A DNA stretch of 64,000 bases from Planctomycetota bacterium (lineage in GTDB: Bacteria; Planctomycetota; Planctomycetia; Pirellulales; Lacipirellulaceae), in contig JBCCXZ010000004.1 in NCBI GenBank assembly GCA_039190745.1, positions 55,698 through 119,697 on the forward strand, read 5' to 3'. Within the stretch, counting starts at the first letter, position 1. The number at the start of each line of letters is the position of its first letter. The translations under genes were made by a program, and so were the position numbers. The notes beneath the pieces are model-generated. The model saw only the letters and a list, made by a program, of their open reading frames with translations. It had not been told where the DNA came from and ran no database searches. Below are positions 1-9,533 of the stretch, one piece after another.

Positions 1-11
1 GGCGGACGGCT

Positions 12-1604
12 ATGGGCCGACGCATGCAACCCGCGCGTGGCGGCGCGATCACCAGCTTTGAAGGGCGCGACGGAACCGGGTTCTCCTTCGGGTTTCAAGG
101 CGTGGGCGGCGGCGGTCTGGGCGGCGAGTTCGGCGTCGGTCCTGGCAACTCCGGCGACCAGTACGCCCGGATCCACGACAACCCGTTCAAGGCGATCACG
201 CTCGGCTCGCCGGACAATCGGCTGAGTACGTTCTCGATCGACGTCGACACCGCGGCGTACGCCAACGTGCGGCAGTTCCTTATGCAGGGGCACACGCTGC
301 CGCCGGCCGACGCGGTGCGGATCGAGGAGATGATCAACTACTTCGACTACGAGTACAGCGGCCCCACGGGCGACGTGCCGTTCGCGGCGAACATGGAGGT
401 GGCCTCCTGCCCCTGGCAGCCGAAGCACCGGCTGGTGCGGATCGGGCTGAAGGGCCGCGAGCCGCTCGAAACTCGTCAGCAGAAGCGGAAGAACCTGGTG
501 TTCCTCGTCGACGTGTCGGGCTCGATGAACCAGCAGAACAAGCTGCCGCTGCTGGTGGACGGCATGAAGATGCTCGCCCGCCAGCTGCACGACGAAGACC
601 AAGTGGCGATCGTCGTCTACGCCGGCAGCGAGGGGCTCGCCCTGGAGAGCACCCCCGGCAGCCAGCGGCAGAAGATCCTCGACACGCTCGGCAACCTGCG
701 GGCGGGCGGCTCGACCGCGGGCGGCGCCGGCATCACGCTCGCCTACAAGGTGGCCAAGGACCACTTCATCGAGGGCGGCGTGAACCGCGTGATCCTCGCC
801 ACCGACGGCGACTTCAACGTCGGCACGACCAGCACCGCCGAGCTGGAGCGGCTCGCCGAGACCAAGGCCCGCCAGACCGGCGTGTTCCTCACGGTCCTCG
901 GCTTCGGCCGCGGCAACCTGAACGACGCGATGATGGAGGCCATCTCCGGCAAGGGCAACGGCAACTACCACTACATCGACGGCCTAACCGAGGCCCGCAA
1001 GGTGCTGGTGCACGAGCTGGAAGCGACGCTGGTCACGATCGCGAAGGACGTAAAGATCCAGGTCGAGTTCAACCCGCAGCACGTCGCCGGCTATCGGCTG
1101 ATCGGTTATGAGAACCGCGTCCTGGCCGCCGAAGATTTCAACGACGACAAGAAGGACGCGGGCGAAATCGGCGCCGGGCACACGGTGACGGCGCTCTACG
1201 AGATCGTCCCGGTGGGCGTCGAAGTAAACGCGGCCGGCGTCGACCCGCTGAAGTACGGGGCGACGAAGAAGCCGGCCCCCGAGGCTTCGGCCGAGATCGA
1301 GCCCAGCCCGGAGATGCTCACGCTGAAGATCCGCTACAAGCAGCCGGACGGCGACACGAGCACGAAGCTAGAGTTCCCGCTGACCGACGGCGAGGCGGAG
1401 TTCAAAGACGCCTCAGTGGACTTCAAGTTCGCCTCGGCCGTGGCCGGCTTCGGCATGCTGCTGCGGGGCTCGGAGCACGCGGGCGACGCAACGCTCGACA
1501 GCGTGCTGCAAATCGCCGAGGAGGGCATGAACCGCGACGAGCACGGCTACCGCACGGAGCTGATGCAGCTCATCAAACGGGCGAAGGAGCTCTCGGGGGA
1601 GTAG
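12..1604 (+). CDS. VWA domain protein, YfbK-like (vWF_A N-terminal + VWA + DUF3520-like C-terminus); probably 5'-truncated by the window edge
   Basis: STFSIDVDTAAY, MIDAS LVDVSGSM, GGSTAG, ILATDGDFNVG, NRVLAAEDFNDDKKDAGEIG motifs typical of this family. Confidence 0.9.
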   Translation: MGRRMQPARGGAITSFEGRDGTGFSFGFQGVGGGGLGGEFGVGPGNSGDQYARIHDNPFKAITLGSPDNRLSTFSIDVDTAAYANVRQFLMQGHTLPPADAVRIEEMINYFDYEYSGPTGDVPFAANMEVASCPWQPKHRLVRIGLKGREPLETRQQKRKNLVFLVDVSGSMNQQNKLPLLVDGMKMLARQLHDEDQVAIVVYAGSEGLALESTPGSQRQKILDTLGNLRAGGSTAGGAGITLAYKVAKDHFIEGGVNRVILATDGDFNVGTTSTAELERLAETKARQTGVFLTVLGFGRGNLNDAMMEAISGKGNGNYHYIDGLTEARKVLVHELEATLVTIAKDVKIQVEFNPQHVAGYRLIGYENRVLAAEDFNDDKKDAGEIGAGHTVTALYEIVPVGVEVNAAGVDPLKYGATKKPAPEASAEIEPSPEMLTLKIRYKQPDGDTSTKLEFPLTDGEAEFKDASVDFKFASAVAGFGMLLRGSEHAGDATLDSVLQIAEEGMNRDEHGYRTELMQLIKRAKELSGE

Positions 1605-1698
1605 TCTCCGCTGCCGTTCGGGTTGGAGAGACGGGGTTGGAGAAACACCGGCCCCGGGCGGCTCGCCCGGGGCTAAATGGGTTGGCGGACGCCCATAC

Positions 1699-3789
1699 TT
1701 AACCGACGTCGCCGAGGTCGAGGGCTTCGCCGTAGCGGTGCATCACCTGGCGTCGTAGGCCGGTGTGGCGGTCGTGCTTCAGGCCGGGGTCTTCGGAGAC
1801 CAACAGCTGCGCCTCGCGGCGGGCTTCTTCCAGGATGTCGGCGTCTCGGCCGAGGTCGGCGATCCGCAGCGGCGGCAGGCCGTGCTGCTGGGTGCCGAAC
1901 AGGTCGCCGGGGCCGCGGAGTTTGAAGTCGAGCTCGGCGAGGTCGAAACCGTTGGTGCTTTCGGAGAAGGCTTCGAGCCGTTCCCTGCCTTGCTCGGAGT
2001 CGTCGCCCAGCAGGACGCCGCAGTAACCGGGGTGCTGGCCCCGCCCTACCCTGCCCCGCAGCTGGTGGAGCTGAGCGAGGCCGAACCGCTCGGCGCCGTC
2101 GACGGTGATCACCGTCGCGTTGGGCACGTCGACGCCCACCTCGATGACGGTGGTGCTCACCAGCACCTGCGTCTCGCCGGCGCGGAAGCGGTCCATCGCG
2201 GCTTGCTTTGTCTCGGCGGGCAGCTTGCCGTGCAGCAGGTCGGTGCGGAACTCTTCCAGCTCGCCGTTGGAGAGCTTCTCGAACGCCTCAGCCACGCTGG
2301 GGGCGGCGATGGCGTGCGACTCCTCGATGAGCGGCGCCACGACATACGCCTGGCGGCCTTCGCGCAGCCGGTCGCGGAGAAACGACCACCACTTCGCTTG
2401 GGCGTGCGGCTCGACGAGGTAGGTGCTCACCTCGCGGCGGCCTTCGGGGAGGGCGTCGAGCACTGAGACGTCGAGGTCGCCGAAGAGGGCCATCGTCACC
2501 GTGCGGGGGATCGGCGTGGCGGTCATCACCAGGTAGTGCGGCGACCGCTCGCCCTGCCGGAGGGCGGCCCGCTGGCGGACGCCGAACTTGTGCTGCTCGT
2601 CGACGACGACCAGGCCGAGGTTCTTGAACCGCACCGACTCCTGGATCACCGCGTGGGTGCCGAGCACGACGTCGATGGCGCCCGACTCGATGCGGGCGAG
2701 CAGCTCCAGCCGCTCCGACTTGGGCATCCCGCCGGTAAGGGTGGCGTGGCGGACGCGGCTGGCTTCGAGCAGCGAGGCGAGCGTCTTGGCGTGCTGGCGG
2801 GCGAGGATCTCGGTCGGCGCCATCAGCGCGGCTTGCGCCCCGCCGGCGACCGCGGTGAGCATGGCGTACACGGCCACCATGGTCTTGCCGCTGCCGACGT
2901 CGCCCTGCAGCATGCGGTTCATCGGGCGCTCGAGCGCCAGATCGGCAGCCACTTCGGCGATCGCCTTGCTTTGACTGGAGGTGAGCTCGAACGGCATCAG
3001 CCGGCGGATGCGGGCGTCGAGCTTCGCGTCGCACGGCAAGGGCGGGGCGGGCGTTTCGCGCTGGGTCGCGCGGCGGAGGGCGAGCGCGAGCTGCAGGACG
3101 AACAGTTCTTGGAACACGAAACGTCGTCGGGCGGCGTCGAGCTCCTCTTGGTCCTGCGGGGCGTGGATCAACCGCGTGGCCATCGCGAGCGGCAGGAGTT
3201 GGTAGCGGTCGAGCAGCGCGGGCTCGAAGACCTCCTCCAGCACGTCGGCGTAAGCGGCGGCCGTCTCGCCGACGATCCGCCGCATGTGAAACTGCGACAG
3301 CCCGTCGGTGAGCGGGTAAATGGGCGCTAGCTTGCGGTCGCCGGTGTGCTCCTCGTCGTCGAGGTCGGTCACCTGAGGGTGGGACATCTCCCACATCATG
3401 CCCCGCATCCGCGGCTTGGCCGTGAATAGGACGCGTTTGCCCTTGCTGAATTTCTTCTGCATGAAGGGCTGGTTGAACCAAGTGGCGCGGAGGTGGCCGG
3501 TGGCATCTTCGATCAGCACCGAGACGCGGCCCTTGCCGAAGCCACGCGACGACGAGGCGACCTCGGCAACCGTGCCGACGACGCTCTGCAGGGCGTCTTC
3601 TTCGAGGTCGGCGATGGCGCGGCGGTCGGAGAGGTCCTGGTAGTCGCGGGGGAAGCAGAACAGCAGGTCGGCGACGGTGTGGAGCTTCATCCGCCGCAGA
3701 TGGCGGGCTCGGTCGCCGACGTAGGGCAACTCCTGCACGGGCGTGTTCAGCCGCCGGCGGGCATCGGCGTGGGCGTCTTCGGGGTCCAT
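1699..3789 (-). CDS. recG: ATP-dependent DNA helicase RecG
   Basis: QGDVGSGKT Walker A, DEQH, MTATPIPRT, QLHQLRGRVGRG, RGPGDLFGTQQHG; start moved to ATG at 3789 because the upstream extension is repeat sequence. Confidence 0.97.
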   Translation of the reverse strand: MDPEDAHADARRRLNTPVQELPYVGDRARHLRRMKLHTVADLLFCFPRDYQDLSDRRAIADLEEDALQSVVGTVAEVASSSRGFGKGRVSVLIEDATGHLRATWFNQPFMQKKFSKGKRVLFTAKPRMRGMMWEMSHPQVTDLDDEEHTGDRKLAPIYPLTDGLSQFHMRRIVGETAAAYADVLEEVFEPALLDRYQLLPLAMATRLIHAPQDQEELDAARRRFVFQELFVLQLALALRRATQRETPAPPLPCDAKLDARIRRLMPFELTSSQSKAIAEVAADLALERPMNRMLQGDVGSGKTMVAVYAMLTAVAGGAQAALMAPTEILARQHAKTLASLLEASRVRHATLTGGMPKSERLELLARIESGAIDVVLGTHAVIQESVRFKNLGLVVVDEQHKFGVRQRAALRQGERSPHYLVMTATPIPRTVTMALFGDLDVSVLDALPEGRREVSTYLVEPHAQAKWWSFLRDRLREGRQAYVVAPLIEESHAIAAPSVAEAFEKLSNGELEEFRTDLLHGKLPAETKQAAMDRFRAGETQVLVSTTVIEVGVDVPNATVITVDGAERFGLAQLHQLRGRVGRGQHPGYCGVLLGDDSEQGRERLEAFSESTNGFDLAELDFKLRGPGDLFGTQQHGLPPLRIADLGRDADILEEARREAQLLVSEDPGLKHDRHTGLRRQVMHRYGEALDLGDVG

Positions 3790-3819
3790 GCCGGAATTGT
3801 AGTCGAGTCGATTGGAAAA

Positions 3820-3998
3820 GAAGGGGATGGGGAGATGATGGAGATAGAGGGGGATGAAAGAGAGATAAGATAGCACGGGTTGTAGGAGGCCTCTCTAAGG
3901 CCGATTCCGTTTTGTGATTGAGACCGATATCGCCCTCAGAGAGGGCTCCTACAGAAGAACTCTATCCCCTTCACCTCCATCATCCCCTTATCTCCTTC
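3820..3998. repeat. Nested palindromic intergenic element: purine-rich 9-nt periodic arms enclosing an inverted GTAG-type REP pair
   Basis: 3881-3905 TGTAGGAGGCCTCTCTAAGGCCGAT is inverted at 3929-3953; outer arms 3820-3857 and 3962-3998 are imperfect reverse complements. Confidence 0.8.
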
Positions 3999-4016
3999 CC
4001 GTCAACCGACTCGGGT

Positions 4017-4472
4017 TCAAAGAAAACGCTGGTAGGCCTCGACGGCTAAGCCGTCCACAAGATCGTTCTCCGTGTGCCCGCTGTGGCCGGCGACGCGGGT
4101 GTACTTGACCGAGTGCGTGGCGAGCAGTTCGTCGAGGCGGCGCCAGAGTTCCTCGTTCTTCACGGGCACGAGCTTCTTGCCCTCCTTGCGTTTCCAGCCG
4201 TTGGCCTTCCACTTGGGCATCCACTCGCTCATGCCCTTGCCGACGTAGACGCTGTCGGTGAACAGCTCGACGCGGGTGGCGCGCTTCAGGGCGGAGAGCC
4301 CCTCGATGACGCCCAGCAGTTCCATGCGGTTGTTCGTGGTGTGCTCCTCGCCGCCGGAGGCCTGGGTCTCTTTGCCGGAGGCGGGATGGCGGAGCAGGTA
4401 GGCCCAGCCGCCGGGGCCGGGGTTTCCGCTGCAGGCGCCGTCGGTGTAGAGGTGGACTTCGGGGTCGGCCAT
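4017..4472 (-). CDS. rnhA: Ribonuclease HI
   Basis: YTDGACSGNPGPGG, TTNNRMEL, TDS, WKANGW, VKNEELW, GHSGHTENDLVD. Confidence 0.97.
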   Translation of the reverse strand: MADPEVHLYTDGACSGNPGPGGWAYLLRHPASGKETQASGGEEHTTNNRMELLGVIEGLSALKRATRVELFTDSVYVGKGMSEWMPKWKANGWKRKEGKKLVPVKNEELWRRLDELLATHSVKYTRVAGHSGHTENDLVDGLAVEAYQRFL

Positions 4473-4501
4473 TCGGTAGGGAATCCGTTCTGCGGTGCTG
4501 G

Positions 4502-4668
4502 TTTAACCACGGAGACACGGAGTGCACGAAGGAGAGAAAAGCTAAGGGATACTAATTGACGCTAATCCTCACTAATCCGGATTAGTGTAGATCAGTGAAG
4601 ATTAATGTTCCCTCTAGCAACTTGCTTCTGGTTCTTCTCCACGTTTCCTCCGTGTCTCTGTGGTGAAA
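4502..4668. repeat. Nested inverted-repeat element (outer ACCACRGAGACACGGAG arms, inner CACTAAT arrays)
   Basis: 4502-4522 vs 4648-4668 match 19/21 as inverted repeats; inner arms 4545-4576 and 4581-4613 centred on the perfect palindrome CACTAATCCGGATTAGTG. Confidence 0.85.
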
Positions 4669-4678
4669 CAATCGGGAA

Positions 4679-6412
4679 TCAATGCGACGCGCCGGCGGCG
4701 GTGAGGCCGCGGAGGTCGTCGACCAGCGACGCGGCCGTGCCGGGAAGCTCCGTGAGTTGCCACGGCAGGACCACGGTGAAGGTGCTGCCCTTGCCGAGCT
4801 CGCTTTCGAGCGTGATGTCGCCGCCCAGCAGCCGGCAGATCTCGCGGACGATCGAAAGCCCGAGTCCGGTGCCGCTGAACTCGCGGGTCATCGCCGTGCC
4901 GGAAGGCAGCACCGAGGCGCCCTGGCGGAACTTCTCGAAGACCCGGGCGCGGTCGGCCTCGCCGATCCCGACGCCGGTGTCCTCGACCGCGAGCCGCAGG
5001 TCGCCCGACGCGTCACGCGAGGCGGTCACGTGCACGCGGCCGCCGTCGGGGGTGAACTTGATGGCGTTGGAGAGGAGGTTGTTGAGCACCTGCTCGATCT
5101 TGCCACGGTCCTGGCGGAGGGGCGGCAAGCCGGGATCGATCTCGTAGTCGAGGTCGATGTTCTTCTTCTCACTCAGCGGCCGGGCGAGGTCGGTCTGCGA
5201 CGAGACGAGCGTGCCGATCTCGAACTCTTCGGCCCCGACGTCCATGCGGCCGCTTTCCATCTTGGCGAGGTCCAAGATGTCGTTGATCATCCGCAGGAGC
5301 TGCTTGCCGGAGTTCTGGATGTTGGAAGCGAACCGTCGCTGCTTGTCGTCGAGCGCGTCGACGCCGACCAAGAGGTCGCTGAAGCCGATAATGCTGTTGA
5401 GCGGTGTGCGGAGCTCGTGGCTGACGGTGGCGAGGAAGTCGCCCTTCACCTTGTTCATCTCGAACAGCCGCATGTTGGCCTGGGCGAGCTCGTCGATCTT
5501 GCCGTCCAGCTCGCTGTTGACGCCCTTTAGTTCGTCCTGATGGCGGAGGAGCTGGCGGAGCATGCGGTTGAAGGCGGCGCCGAGCTCTTCGAACTCGTCG
5601 CCGGTGTGGATGACGGCCCGCTGCTCGACGTCGCCGCGGCGGACGGCGTTGCTCACGTCCCGCAGGTGGCGGAGCGGCTTGACGATGATGTAGCGGACGA
5701 TGACCCACATCGCGACCATCGAAGCAAAGGCCGTGACGATAGCGGTCGAGAGCATGATGGTGTGGAGCCGGGTCTGCCCGGCGACGATCTCTTCGGCGTC
5801 CATGTCGACGCGGACGACGGCCAGCAGATCGCCGATCTGCAAATCGGGCCAAACCACTGGCGTTACGGTGCTGTGGCATCCGATGCAGTGATTGCTCGCG
5901 TAGACCGGCTCGTAGTAGCGGTACTGCTGCTGCGGAGCGCTGCCCTCCTCGGAATCGGCGCCAGGAGGAGTTTCGACCGGCAGGATGCGGTCGTCCCACT
6001 CTTCGAGGGCTTCGATTTCTGTATCTTTGCTGAGCTGCTTGCCGAGGCGCTGCCACTTGCTCATCAGCTCCCACTCGTACTCGTCCGTGGGCTCCGACAG
6101 CCCGTCGGGGTTGTCCGGGTGCAGCACGGCCCAACGGTACAAGTCGCCGCGGATGTAGCGGGCGGTTGTCTCGTCGACGACCTGCATGGCCTCGATCGAC
6201 TCCTGCTTGTTGAAGTGGGCCTCAACCAGCGTCGCCGTGACCAGGGCTTCGCCGATGAAACGGTTCCGCTTGAAAATCTGCTTGTTCGTCTCGCGGCCGT
6301 ACCACCAGAAGCTGCCCATGATGAGCACGAGCAACGAGACGCCGAAGATCCACCGGCACTTCCGCTCCAGGCCGGTTTCGCCGAGGGCCCGTTTGAAGGT
6401 GCGGTAGCTCAT
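4679..6412 (-). CDS. Membrane sensor histidine kinase with periplasmic CxxCH (DUF3365-like) domain, HAMP, HisKA, HATPase_c
   Basis: Two TM segments, NHCIGCH, HAMP (DEFEELGAAFNRM), SHELRTPLNSIIGF, NLLSNAIKFT, GTGLGL. Confidence 0.92.
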   Translation of the reverse strand: MSYRTFKRALGETGLERKCRWIFGVSLLVLIMGSFWWYGRETNKQIFKRNRFIGEALVTATLVEAHFNKQESIEAMQVVDETTARYIRGDLYRWAVLHPDNPDGLSEPTDEYEWELMSKWQRLGKQLSKDTEIEALEEWDDRILPVETPPGADSEEGSAPQQQYRYYEPVYASNHCIGCHSTVTPVVWPDLQIGDLLAVVRVDMDAEEIVAGQTRLHTIMLSTAIVTAFASMVAMWVIVRYIIVKPLRHLRDVSNAVRRGDVEQRAVIHTGDEFEELGAAFNRMLRQLLRHQDELKGVNSELDGKIDELAQANMRLFEMNKVKGDFLATVSHELRTPLNSIIGFSDLLVGVDALDDKQRRFASNIQNSGKQLLRMINDILDLAKMESGRMDVGAEEFEIGTLVSSQTDLARPLSEKKNIDLDYEIDPGLPPLRQDRGKIEQVLNNLLSNAIKFTPDGGRVHVTASRDASGDLRLAVEDTGVGIGEADRARVFEKFRQGASVLPSGTAMTREFSGTGLGLSIVREICRLLGGDITLESELGKGSTFTVVLPWQLTELPGTAASLVDDLRGLTAAGASH

Positions 6413-6535
6413 GGGGGAGTGGTAGTGGGAGTGGGAGTTGGGAGAGCGGGCCGCTCCCGCGGCTACCTATTCTATTGGGGGCGAGAACTTGGGGCCAACC
6501 GGGGTTTGCTAGCCCCGATGGTCGCCGGCTTTCGG

Positions 6536-8824
6536 CTAGAGCATGTCTTGCGGGTCGATGTCGACGGTGAGCGTGACCGACTCCGGCGGGTGCCAGGCGT
6601 GCAGCGTGCGGTGCGTCAGGTCGCGGACCGTGTTGATGGCCTCGCCCTGGAGCTGCACCTGATAGCGGTACTCTCCGCGGAGCTTGGGGATCGCTGCGGG
6701 GGCCGGACCCATGACGCGCGTTTCGCTAGCGTCGGCCTTCAGGTTCCCGGCGAGCGCTTTGGCCGACTCGCGGACGACCGCGTTGGCTTCGCCGCGGAGG
6801 ACGATGCGTACCATCGCGCCAAGCGGCGGGTATTTGAGCCGGGCCCGGGCGACGAGTTCCGCCTCCGCGAACCGCGGGAAGTCGTGCCGGGCGGCGGCGA
6901 CGATCGCGGGGTGGTCGGGGCTGAGCGTCTGCACCAGGACGCGGCCGCCACGGTCGCCCCGGCCTGTGCGTCCGGCGACCTGCGCGACCAGTTGGAACGT
7001 GCGCTCCCCGGCGCGGAAGTCGGGCAGGTGCAGCGCCGTGTCGGCATTGATTACGCCCACCAGCGTGACGTTGGGGAAGTCCAAGCCCTTGGCGATCATC
7101 TGGGTGCCGAGCAGGATGTCGATCTCGCCGCGGCGGAATGCGGAGAGCACGCGCTCGTGGGCGCCGGCGCCGCGCATGCTGTCGGTGTCCATCCGGGCGC
7201 ACTTGTAGTCGGGGAAACGGGCGCGGACCTCGGCTTCGAGCTTCTGCGTGCCGAGGCCGCCGTAGCGGATGGCGTCCGACTTGCAGTCGGGGCACTTGGT
7301 CGGCGGCTCGGCGCGGTAGTCGCAGTAGTGGCAGAGCGCGGTATTGTCCTGCCGGTGGTAGGTGAGCGACAACTCGCAGTGGGGGCACTCGAGCTTGAAC
7401 CCGCACGCGGGGCACTGCACGTGCGTGGAGAAGCCGCGGCGGTTGAGCAGGTAGATTACCTGCCCGCCGTCGCGGAGCGCGGCCTGCGTGGCCTGGTGCA
7501 GGGGCCGACTGATGCCGCCCCGCCCGCCGCGGGCCTGGCCGGGGTCGCGGAGGTCGACGATCGCCACGTCGGGCATAGGGCGATTGGCCACGCGCTTGGG
7601 GAGCGAAAGCTTGCGGTACTCGCCGGTCGAGGCCCGGTGCCAGGACTCCATCGACGGCGTAGCGCTGCCCAGCACGAGCGGCACGCCCTCTCGCGCGGCG
7701 CGTTGCCAGGCGACGTCACGCGCGTGGTAGCGGGGCGAGGTGTCTTGCTTGAAGGTCGCCTCGTGCTCTTCGTCGATAACGATGAGGCCAAGGTTCCTCG
7801 CGGGGGCGAACACCGCGCTGCGGGCGCCGACGACCACCTGCACCTCGCCGCGGAGGATGCACCGCCAGTGGTCGTGCCGCTGCACCTCCGACTGGTGGCT
7901 GTGCAAGACGGCGATGCGGTCGAACCGCGCCCGGAACCGCCGCACGGTCTGCGGGGTGAGGCTGATCTCCGGAACGAGCACGATCGCCTGCCGGCCGTAC
8001 TCGACGACCCGCTGGATGGCTTGCAGGTAGACCTCGGTCTTGCCGCTGCCGGTCACTCCGTGCAGGACGAGCCCGGTCGCCTCGCGGGATTCGAGCGCGG
8101 TGTGGATTTCGTCAAGCGCGGCCTGCTGGTCGAGGTTGAGCTGCAGCGGCCGCTCGCGAGGGACGGCTTCTTCTTCGGCCCGGTCGGTGGCGACACGCTT
8201 GGTCGTTTTCTCCACCAGGCCCTTCTTCAAGAGCTGCGTGACCGGCGCCATGGTGCAGCCGGCCGACTCGGTGAGCCGCACGGCGGTGATCGGCTCCTCG
8301 ACTGCGGCGAGCACTTCGACGCACTTCCGCTGCTTGGGCGGCAGCTTGAGCGTCGGTAGCCTCTCGCGGACGTCGAGCGGCAAGGCGAAGAAGGCAACCT
8401 CGCGTGTGCCAACGTTCTGCCGCACTCCCGACGGGAGCACCGCCTCAAGCACCTGCCCCCACGGGCAGAGGTAGTAGCGGCTCATCCAGTGCGTGAGCTC
8501 GAGCATCGCGGGGCTGAGCAGCCGCTCGGCATCGAGCACGGCGGCGACCGACTTCAGCCGCGCCGGGTCGACCCGCTTCACGCCCACTCCGACGCAGTAC
8601 GCCGCCCGTCGTCGATTCGCTCGGCCGAAAGGCACGCCGAGTCGTCGGCCCGGTTCGACGAGCTGCTCGAGCCTCGACGGGTCGAGGTTCTGCGGCGGAA
8701 CGAGGTAGTCGAACTCGCCGCTGGGGCCGTCGCTCAGCAGCACCGTGGCGACGGTCCGCTCTTGGGCGGCGTCAAGCTCCCACTGCTCGGGCTCGTTGTC
8801 GAGGAAAGACTGCTGCTGGGCCAT
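6536..8824 (-). CDS. priA: Primosomal protein N' (PriA)
   Basis: GVTGSGKTEVY, VPEISLTPQ, DEEH, SATPS, four CxxC Zn motifs, GTQMIAKGLDFP. Confidence 0.97.
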   Translation of the reverse strand: MAQQQSFLDNEPEQWELDAAQERTVATVLLSDGPSGEFDYLVPPQNLDPSRLEQLVEPGRRLGVPFGRANRRRAAYCVGVGVKRVDPARLKSVAAVLDAERLLSPAMLELTHWMSRYYLCPWGQVLEAVLPSGVRQNVGTREVAFFALPLDVRERLPTLKLPPKQRKCVEVLAAVEEPITAVRLTESAGCTMAPVTQLLKKGLVEKTTKRVATDRAEEEAVPRERPLQLNLDQQAALDEIHTALESREATGLVLHGVTGSGKTEVYLQAIQRVVEYGRQAIVLVPEISLTPQTVRRFRARFDRIAVLHSHQSEVQRHDHWRCILRGEVQVVVGARSAVFAPARNLGLIVIDEEHEATFKQDTSPRYHARDVAWQRAAREGVPLVLGSATPSMESWHRASTGEYRKLSLPKRVANRPMPDVAIVDLRDPGQARGGRGGISRPLHQATQAALRDGGQVIYLLNRRGFSTHVQCPACGFKLECPHCELSLTYHRQDNTALCHYCDYRAEPPTKCPDCKSDAIRYGGLGTQKLEAEVRARFPDYKCARMDTDSMRGAGAHERVLSAFRRGEIDILLGTQMIAKGLDFPNVTLVGVINADTALHLPDFRAGERTFQLVAQVAGRTGRGDRGGRVLVQTLSPDHPAIVAAARHDFPRFAEAELVARARLKYPPLGAMVRIVLRGEANAVVRESAKALAGNLKADASETRVMGPAPAAIPKLRGEYRYQVQLQGEAINTVRDLTHRTLHAWHPPESVTLTVDIDPQDML

Positions 8825-8924
8825 GGCGTGCGGCGGTGTCGGTGCGGTTGGCGTGGGGTTACGATAGCACCCGACGAACCGATCGCCCTAGGGGCGTGCG
8901 TGATCCACACGAGAATAGCAGGCT

Positions 8925-9533
8925 ATGCGGCTCGGTATATTTGGCGGCAGCTTCGACCCCATCCACAACGGGCACCTCCTGCTCGCGGACTGCTGCGTGG
9001 AGCAGCGGGGGCTGGACACCCTGTGGCTGGTGCCGACTTGCCGGCAGCCGTTCAAGCCCCGCGGGCCGGTAGCCTCCGACGAAGCCCGGCTGGCCATGCT
9101 GCGGGCGGCGATCGCCGGACGGGAGCGGCTGGGCGTTTCGACCATTGAGCTCGAGCGCGGCGGCACGAGCTACACGGTCGACACGCTGGAGCGGATCGCC
9201 GCGGAGCACCCCGACGCCAAGCTGTTTCTGGCGATGGGCGCCGACACGCTGGCCGACCTGCCGCACTGGAAAGACCCGCGGCGGGTGTGCGAGCTCGCCA
9301 CGCCCATGGCTGTGGGGCGGGCGGGGTTTGGAGCGACAGACTTTTGCGTGCTGGAAGACGTCGTGCCTGCAGAACGGCTGGGCGAGATCGCCGCGGCTGC
9401 GGTGACGATGCCGGCGGCGGAAGTAAGCAGCTCTGCGATCCGTCGAGCGGTTGCGGCGGGGCGCCCTTGGCGCGAGCATGTGCCCAAGAGTGTAGCGGCC
9501 GTGATCGACGAGCGCCAGCTCTATCGCGGCTAG
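8925..9533 (+). CDS. nadD: Nicotinate-nucleotide adenylyltransferase
   Basis: GIFGGSFDPIHNGHL, SYTVDTL, MGAD, VSSSAIR. Confidence 0.95.
   Translation: MRLGIFGGSFDPIHNGHLLLADCCVEQRGLDTLWLVPTCRQPFKPRGPVASDEARLAMLRAAIAGRERLGVSTIELERGGTSYTVDTLERIAAEHPDAKLFLAMGADTLADLPHWKDPRRVCELATPMAVGRAGFGATDFCVLEDVVPAERLGEIAAAAVTMPAAEVSSSAIRRAVAAGRPWREHVPKSVAAVIDERQLYRG

Noticed and set aside
1620..1676. GGGTTGGAGA direct repeat and CCCCGGGCG palindrome
   Set aside because: Short; the palindrome is adequately explained as a terminator or REP-like hairpin between convergent genes.
3790..3876. N-terminal extension of RecG in the ORF track
   Set aside because: Translates the repeat element; ATG at 3789 is the more plausible start.
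3820..4668. CRISPR-like array
   Set aside because: Repeats are inverted and short-period with no regular unique spacers; no cas genes in the window.
5540..8359. 939-aa plus-strand ORF
   Set aside because: Antisense shadow of priA and the histidine kinase; typical high-GC artefact with no motifs.
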